NCBI GenBank assembly: GCA_030649345.1 | Contig: JAUSKK010000045.1 | Location: forward strand, 17,623 to 49,622 | DNA length: 32,000 bases | Direction of reading: 5' to 3' | Source: Candidatus Iainarchaeum sp. | GTDB taxonomy: Archaea > Iainarchaeota > Iainarchaeia > Iainarchaeales > 0-14-0-20-34-12 | Shown: positions 16,125 through 27,742 of the stretch, piece by piece | Position numbering within the stretch: the first letter of the stretch is position 1 | Layout: every line of letters begins with the position of its first letter | Position numbers and translations under genes: made by a program | Notes under the pieces: generated by a model | Told to the model about the DNA's origin: nothing | What the model saw: only the letters and a program-made list of their open reading frames with translations | Database searches by the model: none

Positions 16125-17548
16125 TTTATCGCCTGAGTTATTTCTTTTGCATATTTTCGTACATCTGCAATTTGTCCTTGAATGGCAGCTATTGCCACCA
16201 TAGCTGGACTCATAAGTACTGTTTTTCCTTTGGGACTTCCTTGTCTTCCAATAAAATTTCGATTCGAAGAAGATGCGCATAATTCAGTTCCTTTTAATTT
16301 ATCTGTATTCATTCCCAGACACAAAGAACAGCCTGCATTTCTCCATTCAAATCCTGCTTTTTTGAAAATTACATCCAATTCTTCTTTTTCTGCTTGAAGT
16401 TTTACTGCAACTGAACCTGGCACTACCAGTCCTTGGACATTTTTTGCAATTTTTTTTCCATTTACAAATTTTGCAGCTTCTCTTAAATCTGTAATTCTTG
16501 AATTGGTGCAAGATCCAATAAATGCCACATTAATTTTCAATCCTTCCATTTTTTGTCCTTCTTCTAAATTCATATGCGTGTAAGCTAATTTTGCACTTTC
16601 TTGTTGTTGTTCCGGCAAGTCTACAATTATTGGAAGTTTTTGATTTATTTTTATAGATTGTCCTGGATTAATTCCCCAAGTAATCATGGGTTCAATGTCT
16701 TTTCCGTTCATTTTAATTTTATCGTCGTATTTTGCGCTTTTTTCAGAACAAATGGATTTCCAGTACTGAATAGCTAAGTCAAATTTTTTCCCGGTTGGTG
16801 CAAATTTTCTTCCTTGGATATACTTGAATGTTGTTTGATCTGGATTTACATACCCAATCAATGCTCCGCCTTCAATACTCATGTTGCAGATTGTCATTCG
16901 TTCTTCCATATTCATTTGTTCAATTGCATTTCCACAATATTCGTAAGCAAATCCTTTTCCCCCATTTATTCCTAGCTCGTGAATAATATTCAAAATTAAA
17001 TCTTTGGCATACACGCCTAAGCTTAATTTTTCTTTGACTTCAATTTTTCGTACTTTTAATTTATTCATAGCCAAACATTGGGTTGCTAAAACATCACGTA
17101 CTTGAGATGTCCCAATTCCAAATCCCAATGAACCGAAAGCTCCGTGCGTGCTGGTGTGGCTGTCTCCGCAGGCAATGGTCATTCCAGGCTGTGTTAATCC
17201 AAGCTCTGGGCCAATTACATGCACAATTCCTTGGTTTTGATTTCCAATTCCAAATAGTTTTACTCCAAATTCTTTAACATTTTTTTCCAATTCATTCATC
17301 ATGGTTTCTGCTAAAGGATCTTGAAACGGTCTTGTTTGATTGTTGGTTGGAACAATGTGATCTGCTGTGGCAAATGTTCTTTCTGGAAATGAAACCTGCC
17401 AGTTATTTTCTCGAAGCATTTGAAATGCCTGTGGACTTGTAACTTCATGCACTAAATGCAATCCAATAAATAATTGCGTTTGTCCTGTAGGCAATTCTTT
17501 AACTGTATGCTGGTTCCAAATCTTGTCAAATAAAGTATTTTCACTCAT
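16121..17548 (-). CDS. leuC: 3-isopropylmalate dehydratase large subunit (bacterial-length form)
   Basis: 475 aa. [45 protein letters not shown] (aconitase-family Fe-S ligands). Confidence 0.92.
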   Translation of the reverse strand: MSENTLFDKIWNQHTVKELPTGQTQLFIGLHLVHEVTSPQAFQMLRENNWQVSFPERTFATADHIVPTNNQTRPFQDPLAETMMNELEKNVKEFGVKLFGIGNQNQGIVHVIGPELGLTQPGMTIACGDSHTSTHGAFGSLGFGIGTSQVRDVLATQCLAMNKLKVRKIEVKEKLSLGVYAKDLILNIIHELGINGGKGFAYEYCGNAIEQMNMEERMTICNMSIEGGALIGYVNPDQTTFKYIQGRKFAPTGKKFDLAIQYWKSICSEKSAKYDDKIKMNGKDIEPMITWGINPGQSIKINQKLPIIVDLPEQQQESAKLAYTHMNLEEGQKMEGLKINVAFIGSCTNSRITDLREAAKFVNGKKIAKNVQGLVVPGSVAVKLQAEKEELDVIFKKAGFEWRNAGCSLCLGMNTDKLKGTELCASSSNRNFIGRQGSPKGKTVLMSPAMVAIAAIQGQIADVRKYAKEITQAIN

Positions 17549-18684
17549 AATAAAACACGGTATTCCATTTCTTTGTTTTGAGTTTCTTTTTTTTCTTCAA
17601 TTGTTTTTTGAATCATTGTTCCAAATTCGTTTGTGCTGATTTGTTTTTGTTTTTCGTTTGAATTATGAATTAAATCTGGGGTTTGATAGCCTGCATGCAT
17701 TATTTGAAACAAGGCATTCCAGATTTCTTCTGCTTCTGTTTTTAACCCAAAAGAATATTCTAACATCAAGGCAGCACTTCCAATCATGGAGTATGGGTTT
17801 GCGATATTTTTTCCAGCAATAGCTGGAGCTGAACCATGGGCTGGTTCATAATAGGCTTTTTTAGGCCCAATGCAGGCCGAAGGCATTAATCCTAAAGACC
17901 CTAGAATTCCACCGCATTGATCGCTTAAAATATCCCCCATCATGTTTTCCATTAACATGACTTTGAATTGCGAAGGATTTACAACCAGCTGAAATGCCAC
18001 ATTATCTACTAACATATGCCCTACTTGAACATCTGGAAATTCTTTTTCTTGAATTTCATTCACGATTTCATTCCAAAAAATACTGCATTCCAATACATTG
18101 GATTTGTGTATATTGTGCAAGACTGTTTTTTGTTTTCTGGCTTCCTGAAAGGCTATGCGTGCAATTTGTTTGACTTGAGTTTCTGTGTATTCCATAGTGT
18201 CAAGTGCAAATCGTTCTCCGTTTTCTTTTTGTCCTTGTTCTTTTTTTCCAAAATAAATTCCTCCAATCAATTCTCGGACAATCATTAGGTCAATTTCTTT
18301 TCCAAGTACACTTTGTTTAAGCGGAGAAAATGAAAGTAATTCTTTCGGTAAACGTACAGGTCGTAAATTAGCAAATGTGTTGTACCGTTTTCTTAATGCC
18401 AGTACTCCGCCTCGTTCTGGTCTCAAGTTTAAGTCTGGAATTGAGTCATATTTGGGTGAACCTATAGGTCCTTTAAGAATCGTATCACTAGTATCACAAA
18501 TTTCTTTTGTGCTTTCTGGAAAAGGACTGCCTTGTTTGTCATATCCCATTCCGCCAAAATCTCCAAAAATAAATTCAAACTCATGCCCGTATTTATTTTG
18601 AATTGTGTTCAAAACTTTTATGGTTTCAGCCATAATTTCTGGGCCAATTCCATCTCCTTCCAATACTGCAATTGTTTTTTTCAT
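17545..18684 (-). CDS. leuB: 3-isopropylmalate dehydrogenase
   Basis: 379 aa. [70 protein letters not shown] overlaps with both neighbours. Confidence 0.92.
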   Translation of the reverse strand: MKKTIAVLEGDGIGPEIMAETIKVLNTIQNKYGHEFEFIFGDFGGMGYDKQGSPFPESTKEICDTSDTILKGPIGSPKYDSIPDLNLRPERGGVLALRKRYNTFANLRPVRLPKELLSFSPLKQSVLGKEIDLMIVRELIGGIYFGKKEQGQKENGERFALDTMEYTETQVKQIARIAFQEARKQKTVLHNIHKSNVLECSIFWNEIVNEIQEKEFPDVQVGHMLVDNVAFQLVVNPSQFKVMLMENMMGDILSDQCGGILGSLGLMPSACIGPKKAYYEPAHGSAPAIAGKNIANPYSMIGSAALMLEYSFGLKTEAEEIWNALFQIMHAGYQTPDLIHNSNEKQKQISTNEFGTMIQKTIEEKKETQNKEMEYRVLL

Positions 18685-20222
18685 TTAAATTTCCCCCGGT
18701 GCATTTTTTGATAATTGATTACTTTGTTGGCTCCATTCACTAAAGCAATGGCAGATGCTTGCACAATGTCTTCGTGTACTGCTTTTACAATAAATGGATT
18801 GTGTTTTTGGTCTTCTACTTTAATGGTAACTTCACCCAAAGCATTGGTTCCAGAAGTAACTGCCCGTATTTCAAATTCTTTTAATTTCATGGATGGAGCA
18901 ATTTGTGCCATTGCGTTAGCTACGGCATCCACTGGTCCAATTCCTGTGCTGGCAATGGTTTGCGTTTTTCCATTGATTTTTAATTTCAGGGTGGCTGTTG
19001 GAGTTACTTTGTTTCCAGTCAGTATGCTGATTTCTTCAATTTGAATGGGTGCAATTCGGTCATTGGCTTTTGTGCAAACATCTCGAACAATGGCATCCAA
19101 GTCTGCTTCTTGTACAATTTTTTGTTTGTCTGCCAGTGTTTTTATTTTTTCAACAATTTGATTCAATTCTTTTCGGGTTATTTTGTAGCCCATTTTTTCA
19201 AGTTCGGATTGAATGGCGTGTTTTCCGGAATGTTTTCCAATAATCATATCTGTAGTTCTTCCAATTTTTTTTGCAGTCATGATTTCATACGCTTTCGGAT
19301 GACTTAAAATTCCATGCTGATGAATTCCTGACTCATGGGCAAATGCATTTTCTCCTACAATGGCTTTGTTTCTTTGCACGGTCATTCCAGTGCATAATGT
19401 AACCATTCGGCTGGTTTTGTAAATTTCATTTAATTTAATTCCAGTGTATGCCTTTAAGTCTTTTTTTCGTGTTTCTAAAGTCATTACAATTTCTTCCAAA
19501 GAAGCATTTCCTGCTCGTTCTCCAATTCCATTGATGGTGCATTCTACTTGCCCTGCTCCTTGTTCAATAGCCGCAATGGAGTTGGCTACGCTTAAACCTA
19601 AATCATTGTGGCAATGTGCACTAATCGTTGCTTGATCTATGTTGGATACATTTTTTTTGATTCCTTGAATGATTTGCGCAAATTCGCTGGGAATAGAGTA
19701 TCCAACTGTGTCCGGAATATTGACTGTTGTAGCTCCAGCGTCTATTACTTTTTCCAATACTTCGTATAAAAATTTAGGCTGGGTTCTGCTGGCATCCTCT
19801 GGACTAAATTCTACATTTGTACAATAGTTTTTTGCATATTTTGTAAATTTTACGGCATCTCGAATAATTTCTTTGGGTGTTTTTTTTAGTTTATATTTCA
19901 TGTGAATGGGCGAAGTTGCCAAAAAAATATGAATTCTTGGTTTTGGACTATATTGGACTGCATTCCAGCACTGGTCAATGTCTTTCTCTATGCATCTCGC
20001 CAGTCCAGCAATAGTGGGTCCTTTAATTTCTTGAGCAATTGTTTTCACTGCTTCAAAATCTCCTGGTGATGCAATCGGAAATCCTGCTTCAATAATATCC
20101 ACATTCAGTTTTTTGAGTTGTCTTGCAATTTTGAATTTGTCTTCTAAAGTCATAGTACATCCTGGGCTTTGTTCTCCGTCTCTGAGGGTGGTGTCAAAAA
20201 TTTTTATTTTTCTTGTTTTCAT
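18681..20222 (-). CDS. leuA: 2-isopropylmalate synthase (with C-terminal LeuA regulatory domain)
   Basis: 513 aa. [49 protein letters not shown], and a C-terminal dimerisation/regulatory domain. Confidence 0.92.
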   Translation of the reverse strand: MKTRKIKIFDTTLRDGEQSPGCTMTLEDKFKIARQLKKLNVDIIEAGFPIASPGDFEAVKTIAQEIKGPTIAGLARCIEKDIDQCWNAVQYSPKPRIHIFLATSPIHMKYKLKKTPKEIIRDAVKFTKYAKNYCTNVEFSPEDASRTQPKFLYEVLEKVIDAGATTVNIPDTVGYSIPSEFAQIIQGIKKNVSNIDQATISAHCHNDLGLSVANSIAAIEQGAGQVECTINGIGERAGNASLEEIVMTLETRKKDLKAYTGIKLNEIYKTSRMVTLCTGMTVQRNKAIVGENAFAHESGIHQHGILSHPKAYEIMTAKKIGRTTDMIIGKHSGKHAIQSELEKMGYKITRKELNQIVEKIKTLADKQKIVQEADLDAIVRDVCTKANDRIAPIQIEEISILTGNKVTPTATLKLKINGKTQTIASTGIGPVDAVANAMAQIAPSMKLKEFEIRAVTSGTNALGEVTIKVEDQKHNPFIVKAVHEDIVQASAIALVNGANKVINYQKMHRGKFK

Positions 20223-21166
20223 GCTTTCACTTCCATAATATTTTTTGTTTGAATTTTTTCATTTACAAAAGCCAGCCATTTATGGTACTTTGAATCTTTT
20301 CCTTGAACAATTTCTTTGAACTTAGTTCGAATGATTTTAGTAATAGGTCCAATTTTTCCAGTTCCAATTTTTCTTCCATCAATCTCTGAAATGCATTCAA
20401 TTTCTGCAGCTGTTCCAGTAGCAAATACTTCATCTGCAATGTACAATTCTTCGCGTGTAATATCATCTTCGTTTACAGTATATCCTAAATCTTTTGCAAT
20501 TTCAATTACACTGGCTCTTGTAATTCCTTCGAGTATTCCGTTTCGTTTCGGTGTATAAATAATTCCATTGCGTACAATGAATACATTATCTCCAGTTCCT
20601 TCGCTGACCAATCCTTGAGTATCCAGCATTAGGGCGTCATGGTATCCTTGTTTTTTAGCCAAGCCTCGGGCCATTAATGAAATGTAATAATTTCCCGTAA
20701 CTTTGGCTTTAGTTAATCCTGCATTGACATGTGGCCGTGCAATCGATGAAATGGTTACTTTGATTCCTTCATCTTCTTGAATGTTTCCAAAAAAGTTTTT
20801 CCAAACCCAGCAAGAAATAGCTAGATTGCTTTGACAAGCATATTGGTCAAAGGCTATTCCAGTCAAAAAAATCAGTGGTCGAATATAACACTCGTTCATT
20901 TGGTTTTTTTGAATTAATTCTTTAATTCCTGTTTCAATTTCTTCAGGTGAGTACTTCAAAGTCATTCCCATTGCATGCCAGGACTGAATTAATCTTTTCA
21001 CATGATCGTTTAGCCTGAATACTGCTGGTCCATGAATTGTATTGTAGCATCGAATTCCTTCAAATACTCCAAATCCATAATGAAGTGTGGTAGTCAAAAA
21101 ATCTATTTTGGCTTCTTCATTGCTTACAAAATTTCCATTCATCCAAACATGATTTTTAGTTTCCAT
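20219..21166 (-). CDS. ilvE: branched-chain amino-acid aminotransferase (fold type IV)
   Basis: YGFGVFEGIR, EGTGDNVF, TPKRNGILEGITR motifs. I prefer ATG 21166 (METKNHVWMNG), preceded by AGAGGTGA, over the track start at 21226. Confidence 0.88.
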   Translation of the reverse strand: METKNHVWMNGNFVSNEEAKIDFLTTTLHYGFGVFEGIRCYNTIHGPAVFRLNDHVKRLIQSWHAMGMTLKYSPEEIETGIKELIQKNQMNECYIRPLIFLTGIAFDQYACQSNLAISCWVWKNFFGNIQEDEGIKVTISSIARPHVNAGLTKAKVTGNYYISLMARGLAKKQGYHDALMLDTQGLVSEGTGDNVFIVRNGIIYTPKRNGILEGITRASVIEIAKDLGYTVNEDDITREELYIADEVFATGTAAEIECISEIDGRKIGTGKIGPITKIIRTKFKEIVQGKDSKYHKWLAFVNEKIQTKNIMEVKA

Positions 21167-21521
21167 TTTTTTCACCTCTAAATTCCATTTTTTGAAATTG
21201 GATTTCACAGGCAATTTTTTTGCCAAATTCAGTGAACTGCGTTTCTTGGCATGGTTTGTCTTTGGTTCCGCTGGTAATCCAGCCCATTTTTCTGAAAAAA
21301 ATTAGTGTTTTTCGAACTGTAGATGAATCTTGTCCAGTGATGTGTGCAATTTGTGTACTAATTCCTGTAAGGGTTTCTCCTTTTAGTTCGAATGCAAGAA
21401 CAAGCACTTTTTTTTGAGAATCTAAAAGTTTGTTGTCAATAAATGTAAAGAAGTTTTCCCAAACTTTATGGGCTTTTTCTGGCTTTTCTTCCGACCGATG
21501 TGTAAGTATGTGTTTTTTCAT
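21156..21521 (-). CDS. winged-helix transcription regulator (MarR/TrmB-like), first gene of the ilvE-leu operon
   Basis: 121 aa. LTGISTQIAHITGQDSSTVRKTLIFFRKMGWI is an HTH plus wing. It overlaps the ilvE start by 11 nt, and GGGTGGA precedes its ATG. Confidence 0.6.
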   Translation of the reverse strand: MKKHILTHRSEEKPEKAHKVWENFFTFIDNKLLDSQKKVLVLAFELKGETLTGISTQIAHITGQDSSTVRKTLIFFRKMGWITSGTKDKPCQETQFTEFGKKIACEIQFQKMEFRGEKNGN

Positions 21522-21542
21522 TTGTCCACCCGACTTGTTTAC

Positions 21543-21562
21543 AATAGCGCCGAGTGGCTATT
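21543..21562. promoter_or_regulatory. inverted repeat AATAGC-N8-GCTATT just upstream of the wHTH gene (candidate operator)
   Basis: The 6-bp arms are seen directly, 22 nt upstream of the regulator's ATG. The operator role is inference. Confidence 0.3.
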
Positions 21563-21720
21563 TTAACAACAATAAGTTCAATAAGCTCAAGCTAGAAATT
21601 AGTCTCTTGTTTTGAGAAAAAGTTATTTTTTGCGGACTATTTTTTCCTGCTTGCATATTACTAATAGATATTGGCTGTTTTTAAAAGGCTTTTGGGGAAA
21701 AATTTTGCCCTGATATTCGA

Positions 21721-22338
21721 TTAAGCAATATTCACGTCTAGCTTTTTTAATTCTTTAAGCAAATATTCAAAATTGCCGGTAAATTGAATGCAATGAATAC
21801 CTACTTTTCTTCCAGCCGTTACATTGACTTCAATATCATCAATAAATACAATTTCTTTAGGCTTGCATTTGACTTGTTTAATCAAATATCTATAAAATTT
21901 TTGTTCTGGTTTTTCCATGCCCACGTCTACAGATACAATTGGGTAATGAAAGTGTTCAAAGAATTTCCATTTTTTATTCAAGTCATGAATCATACTCGTA
22001 TGATTTGAAAACAAAGCAATCGTGTAACCATTTTTTTTCAATTTTTTAGCTAAACTCCACATTTTTTTCATGGGCTTGAAAAAATTAAACATAGTTTTGT
22101 ACATTTTTGTTGGAGCAATTTTTTTCCCTGTTTCTTGTTCAATAAATTTGCTCATTCGCTTCAAATGCTCTTGTGCCGTAATATGCCCTTTATGGGCTTT
22201 GCTGCATTCAGCTACATACGCTTCTCGAAAAAGTTTTCCGTCTATTTTCAGTAATTTTCCGGCTTTATGAAACCAAGTATGATGACTCCACTGAAAATAT
22301 ACTCCGCCTAAATCGAAGACAATTGTTTTAATTATCAT
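21721..22338 (-). CDS. HAD-superfamily hydrolase, subfamily IA (YihX-like D-x-G-G motif I), paralogue 1
   Basis: Motif I VFDLGGV, motif II LFSN, motif III KPEQK, motif IV FIDDIEVN. ATGA overlap with paralogue 2. Confidence 0.8.
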   Translation of the reverse strand: MIIKTIVFDLGGVYFQWSHHTWFHKAGKLLKIDGKLFREAYVAECSKAHKGHITAQEHLKRMSKFIEQETGKKIAPTKMYKTMFNFFKPMKKMWSLAKKLKKNGYTIALFSNHTSMIHDLNKKWKFFEHFHYPIVSVDVGMEKPEQKFYRYLIKQVKCKPKEIVFIDDIEVNVTAGRKVGIHCIQFTGNFEYLLKELKKLDVNIA

Positions 22339-22943
22339 TTCCAGGTTACCCCTGCTTTTTTTAAATCCTTTATTAGTTTTTCATATGTTTTGAATCGTAC
22401 AGCGTGAATTCCAAGTTTTTTTGCACCATTTACATACTGGACTAAATCATCCGTGAAAAATATTTCTTCCGGCAAACATTTGGCTTTCTTGATTAAATGA
22501 AGATAAATTTCTTTGCATGGCTTTTGATGCCCTATTTTATATGAAAGAATGCTTGCATGAAAATTTTGAGTTAACTTGTGTTTTTTGTTGATGGTTGGAA
22601 AAAAGTCAGCAACATTAGACAAAATCAGCGTTTTATATTTTTTCTTTAATTTTCCTGCAAGATTTAATGTTTCTCTCACGGGTTTTAATGTGCTTACGTT
22701 AAATTCATTCAGTGTTTTTCCTGAAATTTTTTTTCCACAATCTTTTTCAATTTGTTTAGAAATTTCATTATAAAATTGCTGGGTTGAAATTTTTCCAGTG
22801 TGTGCTGGGGTTAAATATTTTTTCCAAGAAACAGAAATGCTTTTTTCAGGGACTTTAAATTTGTCACTGAATTTTTTCGAATGCCTTTTCGGAGAATGCG
22901 TAACTAAAACTCCGCCAACGTCAAAAGTAATTACTTTGATCAT
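22335..22943 (-). CDS. HAD-superfamily hydrolase, subfamily IA, paralogue 2
   Basis: Motif I TFDVGGV, motif II LILSN, motif III KPCKE, motif IV FTDDLVQY. GGTGA RBS. Confidence 0.8.
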   Translation of the reverse strand: MIKVITFDVGGVLVTHSPKRHSKKFSDKFKVPEKSISVSWKKYLTPAHTGKISTQQFYNEISKQIEKDCGKKISGKTLNEFNVSTLKPVRETLNLAGKLKKKYKTLILSNVADFFPTINKKHKLTQNFHASILSYKIGHQKPCKEIYLHLIKKAKCLPEEIFFTDDLVQYVNGAKKLGIHAVRFKTYEKLIKDLKKAGVTWK

Positions 22944-23026
22944 TCAAAATCACCTTTTGTGATTTTAAAAGTTTTTAAAAACTCTAATTTTAAAATCATT
23001 TAAAATCAATCTAGTGTTTCAAAAGC

Positions 23027-23650
23027 TTAAATTTTAAAATCATTCCAACGTATTCCAATTTTTTTCAAATCTTCTGTTAACTGAGTGTGTGATTTGAATA
23101 GAATGGTATTCATGCCCATTTGTTTGGCTGGTTCAAGGTAGGCTGCATGATCATCGATGTAAAGTATTTCTTCGGGTAGTAATCCAACTTCTTGAATCAA
23201 GTGTTTGTAGAATTCTTTTTCGGGTTTTTTGTATCCTGCTTGATAGGATAAAATCATTTTTTTAAAATAATGAAATTTTCCAATTTCTTTTTCTAGTTTT
23301 GGAAAAAAATCCGCAACATTGGAAAACAAATACAAATCATAGCTTTCTTTTAATTTTTCTATTAAATCCCAAATTTTTTGAACCGGTCGTTTTAATAAAT
23401 TAAAATTATATTTTTCCAATTCTTTGAAATCTATTTTTTTGCCAGTCTTTTCTTCCAATTGAGCACTCACGCGTTTAAAGCATTCTTGAGAAGTAATCTT
23501 CCCTTGGTTAGCTAAGGCCAAATTTTCTTTCCATATCTTTTCTAGATCGTGAACCGGAATTTTAAAATGGCGTTCCATTTCTTTAGCATGCGAGTCCGGG
23601 AAATGAGTAATTAAAACTCCGCCCAATTCGAATACAATTGCTTTAATCAT
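23027..23650 (-). CDS. HAD-superfamily hydrolase-like, paralogue 3 (Glu replaces the nucleophile Asp)
   Basis: Motif I reads VFELGGV (GAA codon at 23627-23629). Motifs II-IV are retained (LFSN, KPEKE, YIDDHAAY). Confidence 0.75.
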   Translation of the reverse strand: MIKAIVFELGGVLITHFPDSHAKEMERHFKIPVHDLEKIWKENLALANQGKITSQECFKRVSAQLEEKTGKKIDFKELEKYNFNLLKRPVQKIWDLIEKLKESYDLYLFSNVADFFPKLEKEIGKFHYFKKMILSYQAGYKKPEKEFYKHLIQEVGLLPEEILYIDDHAAYLEPAKQMGMNTILFKSHTQLTEDLKKIGIRWNDFKI

Positions 23651-23860
23651 TATACTAACATACTACGAAAATCATTATAAAGCGAGTTCTAATTGAATTT
23701 AACCAGTATTGAAATAAATTATTAATTTTAGTGCAAGAAATTTTTTGAAAAGAATTGTAAACTGGAAACAAGTATGTTAAGATTTTTCATTTTTAAATTT
23801 AAATTATTAAAAATAGAATTAAAAAATAAAAATTCTGCAAGAAAGACATTGGATTAGGGC

Positions 23861-23883
23861 CTGGATTCGTGATTTCTAGATTC
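23861..23883 (-). other. 3' strand of the pre-23S long-range processing helix
   Basis: GTGATTTCTAGATTC (23869-23883) is complementary to GAATCTAAAATCAC (27069-27082) with a 1-nt bulge. CTGGA (23861-23865) pairs with TCCAG (27087-27091) across an internal loop. The geometry is compatible with bulge-helix-bulge. Confidence 0.6.
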
Positions 23884-23917
23884 AATTCATTCGTTCTAAA
23901 GCGGTATGCTTTTGATT

Positions 23918-26908
<2,991 letters not shown>

Positions 26909-27068
26909 CTATCAACTTCAAACTACAATTTCAAATTTGTTTGAAAAAACACACTAACCCTAAAGTTAATATTTTTCTTCCGCAAACTTTTCCTTGCAAT
27001 TCTCCATTGAAAACGATAGAATGTTAAGAGTTTAATTGAAAATGGTATAATTTTCAATACACTCTATG

Positions 27069-27091
27069 GAATCTAAAATCACTAGTTCCAG
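27069..27091 (-). other. 5' strand of the pre-23S processing helix
   Basis: Complementary to 23861-23883 (see that feature). It lies about 160 nt upstream of the mature 23S 5' end. Confidence 0.6.
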
Positions 27092-27461
27092 TTTACCCTT
27101 CCAATGCTTCACAACCGCAAAATCGGTTGACGCTTTAGCACTGCTTCACTTTCGTTCAGCAGCGCGGATTAACGTTACCTAACTTTGCATCCGCAAACTA
27201 TCCTGACCTTGCAGTATCTGGATAATTTCTCATCCATCAATGCACATCCAATGCATTGCATATTTTACATCAACAAAAAATGTTGATGTGATAAGTATAA
27301 TACTTTCAAATTTGAAAACTTTTTTTTCAAATTCTTTTTTTTAATTTCCAAATTTTTTGGAAACTATTTTTTCTAATTTGCAATTTTTTTCCTGTTTGAA
27401 ATTCTCTTACTGTAATTCTCTAAACTTTTTTTTGAATCCGTATGATCCAATATTTTTTAAG

Positions 27462-27534
27462 TGGACTCAGCGGGATTCGAACCCACGGCCTCTACCGTGC
27501 AAGGGTAGCGCTCTACCAACTGAGCTATGAGCCC
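27462..27534 (-). tRNA. tRNA-Ala(UGC) in the 16S-23S spacer
   Basis: Minus strand: GGGCTCA-TA-GCTC..GAGC-G-CTACC-CTTGCAC-GGTAG-AGGCC-GTGGG-TTCGAAT-CCCGC-TGAGTCC-A. It carries the G3:U70 alanine identity pair. No encoded CCA. Confidence 0.92.
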
Positions 27535-27538
27535 CGAA

Positions 27539-27626
27539 CCGCGGGGGCACCAAGGTTCCCCCTCAGTTTGAGGGTCGTCCGGATCCCCCTCCTAATGAGT
27601 GGCTCCTGACTTGCTCAGTACCGCGG
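27539..27626 (-). other. GC-rich, highly structured ~90-nt element immediately 5' of tRNA-Ala in ITS1
   Basis: Closed by two self-complementary CCGCGG sites (27539-44 and 27621-26). Internal hairpins on the minus strand: CTGA-GCAAG-TCAG, CCCTCA-AAC-TGAGGG, GGGGG-AACCTTGGTG-CCCCC. It is far more GC-rich than the surrounding spacer. Confidence 0.5.
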
Positions 27627-27709
27627 ATGTTCAAATATTTTTTATCAGCTAAAATCAGCTGATAATTTTTTATTTTTTTAATTTACAATTTTTTTAAAAA
27701 TGTAAGTTA

Positions 27710-27726
27710 ATGTTGGCAAGATATTA
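27710..27726 (-). other. 3' strand of the pre-16S processing helix
   Basis: ATGTTGGCAAGATATTA (27710-27726) is the perfect reverse complement of TAATATCTTGCCAACAT (29274-29290), giving a 17-bp helix that brackets the 16S. Confidence 0.75.
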
Positions 27727-27742
27727 CGTCTTTTTTTAATAT

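Noticed and set aside
15516-16280. Long 254-aa form of leuD overlapping leuC by 160 nt.
   Set aside because: The N-terminal 52 residues ([19 protein letters not shown]...) are unlike LeuD and are encoded inside leuC. A TTG overlapping the leuC stop gives a normal-length LeuD.
20219-21226. Long form of ilvE starting at 21226.
   Set aside because: The internal ATG at 21166 has a strong AGAGGTGA RBS and gives the usual N-terminus. The upstream extension overlaps the end of the regulator gene.
9000-21600. Concern that the bacterial-type genes (RSH, LeuRS core, LeuABCD) mean a chimeric bacterial/archaeal assembly.
   Set aside because: Archaeal hallmarks lie on both sides (intron-bearing tRNAs at 0.7 and 6.4 kb, the archaeal rRNA operon at 24-29 kb). 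Base composition and the GGTGA/GGAGG RBS style look uniform, and the LeuRS tail is archaeal-type. It cannot be fully excluded without read mapping.
23651-23917. Looked for a 5S rRNA downstream of the 23S.
   Set aside because: The sequence is AT-rich with no 5S-like helices or conserved loop motifs. The only structured part is the 3' strand of the 23S processing helix. The 5S must be elsewhere.
26979-27220. Repeated TCCGCAAACT..CCTTGCA motif in the tRNAAla-23S spacer (near 26980 and 27190), and weak similarity of spacer hairpins to the 8421-8496 hairpins.
   Set aside because: There are only two short imperfect copies. The similarity to the 8.4-kb hairpins is limited to about 9 nt (TGCAATGCA), which is not enough to claim a repeat family.
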